From contig CM060732.1 in NCBI GenBank assembly GCA_030704615.1, positions 25,110,001 through 25,174,000 of the forward strand: a DNA stretch of 64,000 nt, given 5' to 3'. The notes below the pieces were generated by a model that saw only the letters and a program-made list of their open reading frames with translations, made no database searches and had not been told where the DNA came from. The translations under genes were made by a program, and so were the position numbers. The stretch is from Takakia lepidozioides. Lineage: Eukaryota; Plantae; Bryophyta. Positions 13,001 through 26,400 of this stretch are shown in pieces. Position 1 is the first letter of the stretch, and each line of letters starts with the position of its first letter.

Positions 13001-13624
13001 CAAATTTGGTAGACATACCGCAAAAATGTCAATAATCCGACATATATGATGATGTGTTGAACAAACCTAAAAGGAATTGGCCATGCTCTTATACTCACTT
13101 TTGTCAGATATGTTTGTAGTCATGAAGAGAGATTAACCTGCCTGTATAGAATCGCACATCACAAAGGGACATTTGTTGTTGGAGCTAGCTTTGTTTTAAC
13201 ATAGCCAGTTGATAACATATGTTTTGGAAGCTGTTTCTGGAAGGTAAAGGAACTACTACAGAGATGAGAGTTTTCAGGACTACGGCTTTTGCGGAGTCAT
13301 AAAAACGACATTAGGTACACGTCTACAGAACGCTGAAATGCGTTGCAGTCATAGTTTTATCACTCTGTAATAATGGATATCACTACATGACCTCCGGAAA
13401 GGTGGTCAAACATTGTTTATCACGATGATAGGGATGGTTTATATGACTCACGTCATATGGAGGACTACACGTGGATGAATTTCCTAGAATCGTATGATTT
13501 CATGATTGAATTTGGTTTCACAGCTCTAATTATACGACTGCATCACTACACGTGTCATTTTGAAGACACATACACGAATGTATTCAACCATCGGGTAAGT
13601 TCATTCATCAATGATCAAAGTGCA

Positions 13625-14470
13625 AAATGTTAAAAAAATTCAAAAAATTGCTTATAGGGTTGCCCATTAGGGTGCCAGCCGTGAACAGAGGGATGGGATT
13701 TGGCCTCCTTTTGGGCTTTTTTTTGTCTCCCGCCACACCATATGTTTTCTTAGTATCCACGAGCCTAGAGCATGGAACGCGATGATCGCAGGATGTACAG
13801 GGGCGTGGGATGGAGGCTTTGCAGACCTATTCTTGAGCAAATGATGCAGGAAGGGGCAAGGATAGGCACAGCGAGGCACTACAACACACTATGGTTTTTA
13901 GCACCGTCGGTATTTCACTATGAATATCACTATTTGTCACTTTTCACTATTTCTAGCACCACGTAGTGAAATGTGCTGATATTAATAAAACAATTCACTA
14001 CAACTATCAAAAGTTTCACTACAGAGTCCTTTATTCTACCACCCCTAAGTCAAACATTGACAGTTGTAATTATGAAAATATAATTTGTAATATATATTTC
14101 AATTTCAATAACTCAAAGTGAAAGTTTCTACTATAACTTTACTAACAAATGTTCAAACCAGCCCAATGGTAATATATTTTACTACCACTATCAAATGTTT
14201 GTCTACGTGGTGTTTTGGTTTTCTAGACAAGCCTGGTAGGAGGATTTTAGCCTCTGACCTAGAATGAATCAAACTGTAAAAGGTTGAAAAGTCAAAAAAT
14301 TATTAATAAGGTTGCCCATTAGGGTAATCGTGAATACAAAGGAGGGCTGGGACTTGGCGTTTTTTTGTCTCCTGCGCCACACCATCTAGCCGAGGGATGG
14401 AACGCGATATTGATCGCAAAATATGCAGGGGCGTGGGATGGAGACGTTGAGCAAATGATGTAGGAAGGAG
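13625..14470 (+). repeat. Diverged direct duplication (about 13625-13860 and 14285-14470) ending in PPR-derived sequence
   Basis: Both copies share ggttgcccattagggt...tttttgtctcc...atggaacgcgat...caggggcgtgggatggag...gagcaaatgatg; the tail matches the PPR units at 15030-15090. Confidence 0.7.
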
Positions 14471-14754
14471 AAGAGGAGGAGGAGATGAGACGAGGAGAAG
14501 CTCGCAACATTCTTGCGAGCTCGCCGTTCTTGGGAGAGTCAGCTTGGTCTTAGCAAGCCGTGTTTCAATCTCTGTCTACTCAGCTGCACCGTGGTGGTTC
14601 GATCTCATAGACCAATCCGACATTACCTGACTACAGACACAAGCAGCACACACAAGAGGTCCTTTTGGGTTTGATGGTCGGTCGAGTCATGACACAAGCT
14701 CAAGGACAATGCGGTGAGGGCACCTTCTTTTTTGACCTTTTTCAGCCTGTTTTG

Positions 14755-17341
14755 CCCTCTCACATCATGTTTGTGTGCATTGCAATGCTTGTGCAAGCCT
14801 GGCAGCCCTTGAGAAGGGCAAAGAGATGCATGGGGATGTCATCAAAGCTGGAATTGTACCTAATGTCATTCTAAACAGTCTCCTGTCCATTCCTTTATGC
14901 TTCATACCCCAGGACGGCCCAGAAACAGGAATTGTACCAGATGTCATCCTAAACTGACAGGTTTGTCAAATGTGGGTGCATTCAAGATGCGAAGGGAGTA
15001 TTCCACACTCTGACTGAACGAGATGTGGTATCGTGGAACGCGATGCTTGCAGGGGCAGGGGATGGAGGCTTTAGAGACCTATGAGCAAATGATGTGGGAA
15101 GGGTGAAGCCCGACCACATCAGGTTTGTGTTTGCAGTGTGTGTGCAAGCCTGGCAGCCCTAGAAAAGGGCAAAGAGGTGCATGGTTGCATCGCCAAAGCT
15201 GGAATTGTACCAGATGTGATTCCCTGTGGATCAATAGCTACAAGAAACCTGCATGGATAGATGGTCAACTAAAGGTTGCAGCTGCAGCGGCACAGTTGAT
15301 AAGACCCATGACCACAACTTTTGAAAGAGGATCAAGAGAGGGAGTCCACAATGCCTCTTCTGGCTGCACTTCTGGGCATGTGAAGATGCTTTGCGGTAGG
15401 CAGACTGATAGAGGCTCTACAGACTTTAGACCAATGAGGCATTTCAGCAGATTCAGGTACGTATGTCTGTCTCTTGCTTAAATGCATCAAGATGGAAGGT
15501 CTGGAAGCTGGAAAGCAGGAGCACACTTATATTATCCAAAGTGGATTCACACCAAATGTTTTTCTACTCAACACCTTAAGTACGGGAGCATCATGGATGC
15601 TCACCAAGTATTTAACAGAATGCCTCAACGATCTTTGATCACGTGGAATATAATGTTGGCAGGATTTACCAAGCATGAGTGTGGTAGGAATGCTTTGGAG
15701 ACCTATGAGCAAATGTTGCGCAAAGGGGTGAAGCCCAACACATTTGTTTGTGTTTGCAATGCATGTGCAAGCATGGGAACTCTGGAAAAGGGAAAAGAGA
15801 TCCATGGTGACATCGTCAACGCTGGAATTGTACCAGATGTCATTCTGAACACTACCCTGGTGGACATGTATGCCAAATGTGGGTGCATTAAGGATGAGAA
15901 GGGAATTTTCAACACTATGGCTGAACAATTTGTGGTGTCATGGAACGCGATGCTTGCAGGGTATGCACAGCAGGGACATGGTATGGAGGCTTTGGAGACC
16001 TATGATCGAATGATGGGGGAAGGGGTGAAGCCCACTAACCACATCATGTTTGTGTGCATTTGCAATGATTCTGCAAACCTGGCAGCCCTGGAAAAAGGCA
16101 AAGAGGTCCATGGTGACATTTTCAGAGTTGGATTGTACCCGATGTCATTATGAACAATATCCTGGTGGATATGTATACAAAATATGGGTGCATCGAGGAT
16201 GCAAAGGGAGTGTTCGACAGTATGGCTGAACAAGATATGGTGTCATGTAATGCCATGCTTGCAGGAGATGCACAGCAGGGGCGCGGGATGGAGGCCTTAG
16301 AGACCTATGATGGGGGAAGGGGTGAAGTGTAACCAGATCACGTTTGTGTGTGTTTGCAATGCTTGTGCAAGCTTGGCAGCCCTGGAAAAGGGCAAAGAAA
16401 TCCATGGTGACATCATCAAATCTGGAATTGCACCTGATGTCATTCTGAACACTGCCCTGGTGGACATGTATGCCAAATGTGGGTGCAGTGAGGATGCAAA
16501 GGGAGTGTTCGACAGTATGGCTGAACGACATGTGGTGTCGTGGAGTGTGATGATTGCAGGATATGCACAACAAGGGCGCGAGATGGAGGCTTTGGAGACC
16601 TAGGGGCAAATGACGAGGAGAAGCTGTTGAATGAATACTTTTCTAACCCAGTCAATGGTGGGACAATCGAGGCAAGAAGGTGAACGTCTGTTGGATTATA
16701 GAGAGTAGCAGATGCAATTGATCATAGGAACTAGTGTGATAAGTAGGGTTGGGGTGTTTGCTGGAACAATTCTAGGCTGTCATTGTCAGCTGCTAGCAGC
16801 AAGGCGGGGATGTATGCATGATTTGTGCAGAGGCATGGATAGCCGAAGGAGCAGGGATAGATTGTGGGTCCATATTCATCCAAGGCCGAATTTCATGCTC
16901 CAGATTACCTATAATTCGTTGTGGAAGGATAGGTACAAGAAACCTGCATGGATAGATGGTCAATTGGAAGCCACAGCACAGCGACACAATTGATCAAATC
17001 AGGCACTGTTAATCAAGGCACATTCTTCAACACATTTCACCTTGTTTTTCCCTCTTATCAAAATCGGCCCTCAATTTTCATTATGATTTGCAAGTTAGCT
17101 GGTTGAGTGAACCTTTGATAGTTTGGAGTGACTTTGACATGAAATTGCCAACCTGACAACAGGAAAGTATCCAAAAACAGGTAACAGAGATGAGGAGAAG
17201 TTGTGGAACTTTTTTGACCCTAGTCAATGGTGGGACAATCGAGGTTGATGAGTTGCAGGGATGTCTCTCCATCTCGCGAAGAATCGGGTGTGTGGTGACT
17301 GCCACACTGCCATCAAGTTTGTTTCGGAGTTGTTGGCCAAA
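14755..17341 (+). pseudogene. PLS-class PPR-DYW (organellar RNA editing factor) pseudogene
   Basis: About 300-bp repeated P-L-S triplets (WNAMLAGYAQQG, FVCVCNACASLAALEKGKEIHG, LVDMYAKCG) with frameshifts and stops. DYW remnant KNRVCGDCHTAIKFVSELLAK at about 17279-17341, cut off by an insertion. Confidence 0.85.
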
Positions 17342-18094
17342 TGTAGTCACTACTACGTTTAGGGGGGGGTTAGCGACGCTGGGACCCCGAGTGCGCCGGA
17401 CGCGCCGACCCCCCTGCGACTGCAGCGTCGCGTAGGCGCCCGGCCCGGGACTTGCGACGTCGGGGCATCACAACGCCGACGCTCGGACGACGTTGTGGCA
17501 TCTTGCGATGCCATGCCGTCGCCGGAAAGGGGCCTGACCCCATTCCCCCACCAACGCGTTGGGGGGGTTGCGACGCCTTGGCATGGCAACAATTCGCTGC
17601 GACGCCCCCGGGATGCTGCGACGTCGGGGAATCGCAACGAGATGTCGTGCGCATACACCTCGCTACACAACTACATCGCTGTCCAAACCACACAACATGT
17701 ATATACACACAAATCAGTCTACCACAATGATTAATAAAAACTAGACACCATCACTCATGCATTACGAGTCAAGCCAAGCACATCCCAAAAGCTATGGGGA
17801 ATCTGCACTACGCGCGCCATAGCTGATGCGGGAGGCTCAACTCGAGAGAGATGAGCCTCACCGCGCGTTCACCGTGAAGATAAGCCACGCCCAGGGGCCA
17901 ACAAATATCTTGACCCCTGGGTTGACACTTGGATCAAGCCCAAGTGTCATATATAAAAACTAGTTATTTATTGGCTAGTTTCATACTACTTGTAAACTTT
18001 ACTTGACAGCTGTCGTGCGCATACACCTCGCTACACAACTACATCGCTGTCCAAACCACACAACATGTACATACACACAAATCAGTCTACCACA
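17342..18094 (-). repeat. Probable 3' LTR of the DNMT3/PHD Gypsy element
   Basis: TGTAGT...ACCACA ends; adjacent polypurine tract (minus-strand AGTTAGAGGGGCG, 18097-18109); begins where the DYW homology stops. No partner LTR found. Confidence 0.5.
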
Positions 18095-18355
18095 ATCGCC
18101 CCTCTAACTGGTGGTTAGGTCGCTCTAACTCCAGATAGCTACAAGAGGTAATAGCCACAGCCTCACTAAGTCTTTTATCACTGTCCCTATTGTACTCAAA
18201 CTCCATAGACCAAGAGGCCGGGTACACGAGTAGCCCCATCGTTATTCGCCGTCTTGCAGTCTGTGAACTTGAGCCAGAGATCTAGTGTATTGGTCCCATA
18301 GTAGCTTGGCCTTGTGGTTCTTGTTAGTCTCCTATGGTTGTATCCATTGCCACTA

Positions 18356-18500
18356 TTAAATGCAGCGTGGACACAACCAATCCCCATCAGGAACCATATC
18401 AAGAGGTGGTGTCAAACATCCCATGTGCCAACCTCTTGAGCATCGATCACACACCAGCATGGTGGATGCCCCTCTGGCAGACCCACACAGCATGCACCGC
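18356..18500 (-). pseudogene. PHD finger at the end of the retroelement integrase
   Basis: CMLC..MLVCDRCSRGWHMGCLTPPLDMVPDGDWLCPRC is a complete C4HC3 pattern. Confidence 0.9.
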
Positions 18501-19929
18501 AAACCTGCAGGTACCACCGCCAAGTTTGGGTCAACCCTTCCATCAACATTTGGAAGGTGACATGACGCGCAATTTACGCACATGGTCCTTCCAAGTCATG
18601 CCATCCTGACCCTCCAAGATCATGACTCCTGAGGGCAACACCTCTCGAACCCTCAAAATAGTACGTCTTGTAGTCACATCCAGGGTCATAGGAGCAGTCT
18701 GCTGCAGATAAACATAGTCACCAGGGTTAAATCTCCGAACCCCATGACGATAGCCCCTTGCAATGGTAAGGTTCTCGAAAGCCATGGGCATGACTTTCTT
18801 GAACAACTCTGCACGCTGATCACATGCACGTGCCCACATGTCCGGATCATCAAGGTTGAGAACTACCCTCAAGCGCTCAAATACCACCTGAAGGTGTCTC
18901 TCATGCTCCTCCACCGTAGCACTAAAGATGATGATGTCATCTATGTAGCACCGAGCAAACTCTACCCCTGCTAGAATCCTGTCCATGACTCTCTGAAACT
19001 CTGCAGGAGTGTAAGAACCGCCACTGGTATAGGTAATCCTTCCCGTGCTCATTGATCCCCCAGAATGCCGTCTTCTACTTATCCGCCTCCTTGATCGGCA
19101 ACTGGTGATATCCGGATCGTAAATCCAAAGTGCTAAAGACCTTAGCATGCCCAATGGCATCAAAGATCTCCTATGGTGTTGGCATGGCATACCTATCGGA
19201 CTTGGTCTGACGATTTACAGGCCGGTAATCACCGCACATACGTCTCTCCGTCCAATTGCCATAGACATCTTTCTTGGCTGGCATCACTGTGGCTGAAGCA
19301 TATTCTCCTCCAAATAGCTCCACCAAACCAGCCTCCCAGAGGTCCTGAGTCCTCATCTGAATCAAGGACCTCTCCATGTCACTATATCTATAGGGTCTCC
19401 GAAAGATTGGCGTGTCAGTGGTCAATTCAATGCGACTCTCTTGACCCTTCAGTGCTCCCAAGTCCTTAAAACTGAAGGCAAAGCAGTTCCTGTAAGCCCT
19501 CAAGAACCGCCGTATACGTCATCTCTCTCCTCCGGTGACTATGGGTCCAACATCAGGCTCTCAGTTGTCCTCCGTGACTGCAACCTTGAGTCCAGCAGGC
19601 TTAGAGGTAGAACACGCGTCCCGTGGTTGCTATGCTGCAACCTCTTGAGCAGTAACCACTACTTGCTCTGTCAGTGACAATGCCTCATCCTGCCCCATCA
19701 TCTCATCCTTGATGACCTCCTCAACTCGAGAAAAATTCCCAACCTCATCCATCACCACCGCCTTGGCTGCCAACTCCTTCCGAACCTCGAGCATCTCCCA
19801 CGTGTGCTATGGATGCGGCCTGCACCTTGTGGTCCGCACCTGTTTGCCCCCACTCGCTGCCTGTACCGTCTCGGTAGGTAGAGAGACTATCAAGGGAAGT
19901 GTACTCCGTACTTTGCGCTGCTCAGCCAT

Positions 19930-20440
19930 AGCCAAGCTGATAATCCAGGTCAAGCAATTGAGATCCATTGCTTGCCCCAACACCTGACGACGTGATGCCT
20001 CAGAAGGAGATGGCACCGCCGTGGTACCAATGGTAAAACCCATCGCTCGCTCGTGCTTGTCAGCATTGGGCTCCACTAACTACTGCAACTGGCTATCCCA
20101 CAAGAGGCCAGGTCCACCATCTCGGAAAGCATGAGATCCTGGAAAGCTGAGCAGTGTAGGCAATGCTGCTCGTGGGTGACCCACCTTATTGACCACTGCC
20201 AAAGGTGCTCAATCATCGTGTCTCACACGCTGAGACTGCCTGCCTATGTCCAAATGCTATCCACCATCAGGTTTGGTGGCCGCTGCACCCCATCAAATGT
20301 ATGCTTGGTCCACCATAGTCGTGGGGATGAGCCCGTGACCCCACTGTAGCTGCATCCAGCAACACTGCTAAACCAAGCCAAGACCGCACTTGATGCACAC
20401 TGGCCATCACCTTGGCCCGAGAATCATCCAGCAATGGCAC
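19930..20440 (-). pseudogene. DNMT3-like methyltransferase domain, C-terminal half (motifs VIII-X)
   Basis: Continues in frame after ENVP once the insertion is removed: LDAATVGSRAH/PRLWWT (1-nt frameshift), then ERAMGF..SEASRRQVLGQAMDL, paralleling DNMT3 AHRARYFWGN and ERVFGF..RQRLLGRSW. Confidence 0.85.
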
Positions 20441-23400
20441 TGTCGCGCACCTCACTTCGGTAAACTCCCCTTCAAGTCATAGTTACTCGCTTTGATGCGC
20501 GCGCCTGACTCCCAACCTGGCCGCCGGGCCAACTTGGAGCTTCGGCTGCTCACCGGGACATAACGGTCCCCCTTCGCTCCCCCACTAAACCCTCCACCTA
20601 TTTGGGCCTAGTGGAATTCCCTTTGGTAGATGGCAGTCCGGAACAGCTCCCCACTCTTTGGTCGCTTTCCGGCACGCTCGCTCACTCACTAGTTTTTGGT
20701 CACCAACGGGCTTGCACCGTTCTCGGGGTTACTACTCCCTATATATACTTCTGTAGCTGTCCGCGGGGGTTTCACAACCAGCCATGCCATTTTATGGCGA
20801 ACCACCACGAAAACCATCGACTCCCGGTGATGAGTCGCGGTGAGTCTTGGCCCACTCATCACGGCCCCTATGGACCGTGATGAGTCCCAAGACTCCCCAC
20901 GACTCCCACCACGAGGTCTCCGCCCCCATGGTGAATCCTATGCCACCCCCACTAAGTTCCGCTAAGCTACCACCACCCCTTGTGGAGCCACCCCCACCGC
21001 AACCCGGTGTGCGGGGCTCCACCTAGTGAGCGCCTCCGCCTCCTTGAGTGCCTTGGGCACTCAAGGGTGCTTCAGCCCCCCATACCTACCGCTGCTGCTG
21101 CCCCCACCACAGGGGCAGCCCCTCATGTGTCCCGACCCCTTGCCCTCAAGGCAAAGGGCCGCGACACACACCCCTACCAACAGGGAGTCGATGTCCTCAT
21201 CGTCTTGTCCATTTTGTAGAAACGAACATCCAAGTTGTGGCGTCCCACATCAAGGAGTTTGTTTCCGTACCATGGCGTCCCATGGCAAAGAACCAAACCC
21301 CACACTTGACTCTACTCTCCACTAGCTAGTTCGGCCGACTTCCTCCAAGTCCCGGCCAAGGGTGGAGCCTCTCAAGCTCCTCCCAGTGCACTCTTCTTGG
21401 CCTACTTCAAGGCCAAGGAACGATCCTCCCCGAGGATCGAATCGCCTTACTGCAACAACATTGCTTGCGACCGCTCTTGATGCCGCTTTTGGCATCACCT
21501 TGAGCAAGGGTTCACCTGGAACCCTCTTTGACTAGGAAGATAACCTGGAACCAACCGTGCGCCCCAATCACTACAATTGGGTCCGCCTTGGAATGCTGGC
21601 CTGAGGTACGGGAACACGCCGAAGCCGCACTACGACTTCGTCCCGAGGCTACACGATTATAGTACGTGAACGGAAGCACGTAGCTTCCGCGTTAGCCCGC
21701 ACTACAAGGCAACCCTCTCGGTAGCGCAGTTATAGTACGCGCACGCGCCAGGTGCGCACTAGCACGTGAACTCCCAAAGAAGACACAAGTTTCCTTGCCC
21801 CTTGGATGGGGGTCACCCGATTTCGGCACTACGCAAACATACGATTAACCCAATTTACCTCTCCCACTTTTATAAGCTGGCATGCATTCTACACACTAGC
21901 CAACCATACCATGCATCAACATTCCAAACAAAATAGGACGCACAATATTTGGAAGCCATTTCATTTATAGCACGTTTTGTACAATACAAGTTTTTGCAAT
22001 CGGATTCCTAAGCTAGCTAAGCTGGGCTAAGCATGCATTTCCTCCCCCACGCTCCAAGGTTGATGTCCCCATCAATGCTTCTTCCGCTTTTGAGGTCACC
22101 CTTCGAAAACTGCAACCGCCTCGGATGCGTTTCCCATTTCTGAGGCACGCACCCAAGATGCCTCCACATGATGATAGCCCTTCCATTTGACGAGATACTC
22201 CGTTTCTCAGTTCTTGAACCTCCTCGACTTAAGTATTGCCTCCACCTCGTACTCAGGTTCATTTTCATGATCCAATAGCATAGGTGGCGGACGCAACACT
22301 TGATGCCGATTCGGACGCACTTCGTCTTTGAAGTAAGGCTTCAAAAGGGAGACATGGAATACTGGGTGCACCTTGCTGTTTGCCGGCAGCTCCAATTCAT
22401 ACACATCCTCATTCATAACCTTCCGAATGCGAAAGGGTCCCGCATACGGAGGTACGAACTTCGGACTCACTTCCGGAGGTAGTCGGAAATTCTTGATGTT
22501 CAACCAGACCTCCGTGCCTGCCTCAAACTTCACTTCCCTCCGCTTCCGATTCGCCTGCCTTTCATACCGTTTCCTAGCTTTGGCAATGTTGTACTTTGCG
22601 AGCTTCAACAAACGCTCGCGTTCTTTTAGTACCTCCGCTACTGCCGGTTCCTCAACGTCCTGGGCGGCCCAACTTGTCGGCACCAGAGGTGCTTTTCCAT
22701 AGACCAATACGAAAGGGGAAACTCCCGTTGCGGAGTGTTTTGTGTTATTATAACAGAACTCTGCCGCATCTAAGTGTTCCATCCAGTCTGATTGGTCTGC
22801 CGACACGTAATTCCGCAAGAATTGCTTCACTACGGAATTCACTCTTTCCGTTTGGCCGTCCGTCGTAGGTCGGAAGGCGGTGCTCATCTTCAGCCTCGTC
22901 CCCATCTTCTTCCAAAGTGTCCTCCAAAATTTACTGGTAAACTTTGGATCGCGGTCCGAGACAATATCCTTCGGGACTCCATGATGCTTTAAGACGTGGG
23001 CAAAGTAAAGTCGCCCTGTCTCCTGCGCCGTTGCCGTCTCCTTGGTGGGGATGAAATGGCCCATTTTACTGAACCTATCCACCACCACCATGATTGCATC
23101 GAATCTTTTTGACAGCGGCATAGCAGTCATGAAATCCATCGAGACGCTTTCCCAAGTCCCCTCTGGAATCGGCAAGGGTTGTAACAGCCCCGCTTGCTTT
23201 TTGTACTCGCTCCGGTTTTGTTGGCATGTGGTGCATGTCTTGACATACTCCTCTGCCTCCTCCCTCAGTTTGGGCCAGAAATACTCTTTCTTCAAGAGTG
23301 CCGCAGTGCGCTTGGCTCCGCCGTGGCCCGCAAGCGGGCTATCATGGCATTCTCTTAAGAGACTATCCCTGATCCCTCCCTTCGGCACGTAGAGACGCTT

Positions 23401-26400
23401 TTGCTTATACCGGAGCAGTCCATTTTGCAAGTGGAACTGCGATTTAACCCCCATCCTCAAGTCATGCATCACGGACTTTGCAAGCTCATCCTTCCGGCAA
23501 GCCTTCCGGATCTTCCTTTGGAGCGCCGTCTCGCCCCTGTGCACTAACAAGAGCTACTGCTTTCTACTTAAAGCATCGGCTACCACGTTGTCTCGTCCCG
23601 GTTTGTACTGGATATCCACGTCAAACACTGCCAAAGTATCTTGCCACCTAAGTTGTTTTGGGGACAACTTGGGCTGCGTGGCAAAATACTTCACCGTGAC
23701 ATTGTCCGTGAACACCTTCACTGGGTTGGAACCAACATAGTGGCGCCAGAGCTCAAGGCAATGCACCACCGCCTTCATCTCTTTTTCGTGTGTCGGCCAC
23801 CGTCGCTCCACTTCATTCAGTTTCTTACTTTCGTAAGCCACTGGACGTCCATCTTGCATAAGTACACCCCCAATCGCGAAGTCCGATGCATCTGTATGAA
23901 TCTCAAACGGACGATCGAACTCGGGGATTTTCAAGACTGGAGCTTCCGCCATCCACTGCTTCAATTCAGCAAAAGCTTGGCCACAAAAAGTGTTCCATGC
24001 CCAGACTTTGGATTTACACAGAAGGTCGGACAGCGGCCCCGCGATCTTGGCGAAATTTCTCACATACTTCCGGTAATAGGAGGCGAGTCCTAGGAAGGAT
24101 CGCACTCCCGGGACCGAAGTCGGAGGCTCCCAGTCCAAGATCGCCCTCACCTTTCTGTCATCCATTTTGATCCCATCCTGTGTAATCACATGCCCCAAGA
24201 ACTCCACTTTCGTGACCCCGAATTCGCACTTTGAAGCTTTGGCGTACAGCTTCCCTTCCCGCAATTTTGGGAATACCCTTTTGAGGTGCTCCAGGTGCTC
24301 CTCCTTTGTTTTCGAGTACACCAAGATGTCGTCGATGTACACGATCACAAAGTCATCCAACCACTCCTGAAAAAGGCTGTTCATTAGCGTGCTAAAGGTC
24401 GCGGGTGCATTGGTGAGCCCAAAAGGCATCATCAAAAACTCGTATGAACCATACCTTGTCCTGCACGCGGTCTTCTCCTCATCTCCTTCCGCCACTCGAA
24501 TTTGATGATAGCCGGAGCGCAGATCGATCCGGCTGAAATACTTCGCTCCTGCCAACCGATCAAAAAAGGTCGTCGATCATTGGCAAAGGGTACCGATTTT
24601 TGATAGTCACCTTATTTAGAGCCCTGTAGTCGACACACATCCGCAGCGTCCCATCCTTTTTATCTGCAAATAGCACCGGGGCTCCGTAAGGTGACTTACT
24701 CGGCCGGATGTACCCCTTTGACATTAGATCTTTGAGCTGAGTCTTCAGCTCGACCAACTCTCTGTGGCTCAACCGGTAGGGCGCCTTGGCAGGCGGTTCC
24801 GATCCTGGTATCACCTCAATCTTGTGGTCAACTCCTCTTCGCGGTGGCAAGCCGCTTGGCAAATCCTCCGGCATCACATCATGGTATTTCTCCAAAATCC
24901 CCTTGATCCAATCTGGGCTCGGCTCTCCATCGCCTTCTCCCTTCACTTCCCTAATGTAGAGCAAAAACTGGGGCTCGTGTGCCTCCTCCACGGCCCACTC
25001 CCTCTGATAGAAGGTTTATTCGCCCTCCCACGGGTTTGGGCGTTTCCGAAACTCGTAAGACCTCGCCACCATTCCAACATGGCAGCGTGACTACCCTCTT
25101 GCGGCCATCTATGACCGCTCCAGATTTGCTCAAAAAGGTCATCCCCAAAATGAGATCCACTCCATCAATCTCGCAGACTGTGAAGTTCTCACGTCCCTCC
25201 CAACTCCCCAGTTGAAGAGGAACATCGAACGCCAACCTCGTCGCCAATTGCGGTTCTCCTTTGGCAAAACGCACCTCAATAGAGGCCCCTACGTAAGTTG
25301 TCGGGAGTCCCAGCTTTTGTGCCGTTGCCGATGTCATGAAGGAGTGCGACGCTCCTGTGTCCACCAACAATGACACGTTAGTTCCGGATATTATCCCATC
25401 CACGAACAATAAGTGACTCCCTTTATGCAATGCGCTAGTTTCCTGATACAACTCACAAGAATATTTGCCTACCTTGCAAGTCCTGGCGACCACCGCTTCC
25501 ACCAAGCGACTGATGGTATCTTCCGACAGTTCTGTGGTCGCCCGAGTCATGTTCAATTGCCGGGGCTTCGTGCACTTCTTGGCCATGTGCCCGGGCTCCC
25601 CACAATTGAAACACACTCCATCAAAGGTTGCCTTCTGTCCGCCATAGGCCGCTCCACCCGCTTTTCCTTTTGAAGCACCGGGTGCCGCCTTGACTTGTGA
25701 TGGCCCTCCCTTTGATTTCCACATGCTGTTGTCGCCGCGTGGCCTATCCCACTTCTTTTCCGGTCGGAAGGAGTCACCTTCCCGCCGGGTCTTCTTGTGG
25801 TTCAGCTCCGTACGGCCTTGTCTTTCACCCCTAGGGACATCTGAGAAACATTCAGCCCTCTCAATTGCCTCGTTCAAAGTCTTAGGTGGCTTCTCCTCCA
25901 ACTTCCGCCTGGCCCATGGGGCCAACCCCGCCACAAAGTTGAAGACCATTTCTGGTTCCGCCATATCCGCGACTTCGAGCAACAGCACATTGAAAGCCTG
26001 GACATATCCCCGAATGTCATCTGTTTGCTTCAAATTCCTCATCTTGTCCCGGGCAAGCCAGGACGCATTAAGGGGCACAAACTGTCTATTCATCAATTCC
26101 TTGAACCCATTCCAGTTCAAGGTTTCCGGACTTGGACCTCGGTCGTGAAGGCGTTTCTGCCACCATTGTTGAGCATAGCCCTTCAAATAGGTGGGAGCCA
26201 CTTCCACCCGATCCTCGTCACTCAACTTGGCCGCCCGGAAGTACTGCTCTAGCTCCAGGAGCCAGGTGTTGAGTGCCTTCCGATTTCGGACGCCCTCGAA
26301 GGTGCCGGGTTCCTTAGGCTTCACCTTAAACTTTGCCTTAGTGGAAGTGGCATTAGCCGCCTTCAACACGTCTTTCAACGTCCCGCCAAACTGCGCCAAC

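Noticed and set aside
13877-14210. CACTACAA as a CACTA terminus
   Set aside because: No matching inverted end or 3-bp TSD found.
15235-15400. YKKPAWID as a DYW:KP (U-to-C editing) signature
   Set aside because: Too short, and not followed by recognisable DYW sequence in frame.
20820-20900. Hammerhead ribozyme in the chromovirus LTR (TGATGAG)
   Set aside because: The core is GTGATGAG rather than CTGATGAG, with no correctly placed GAAA.
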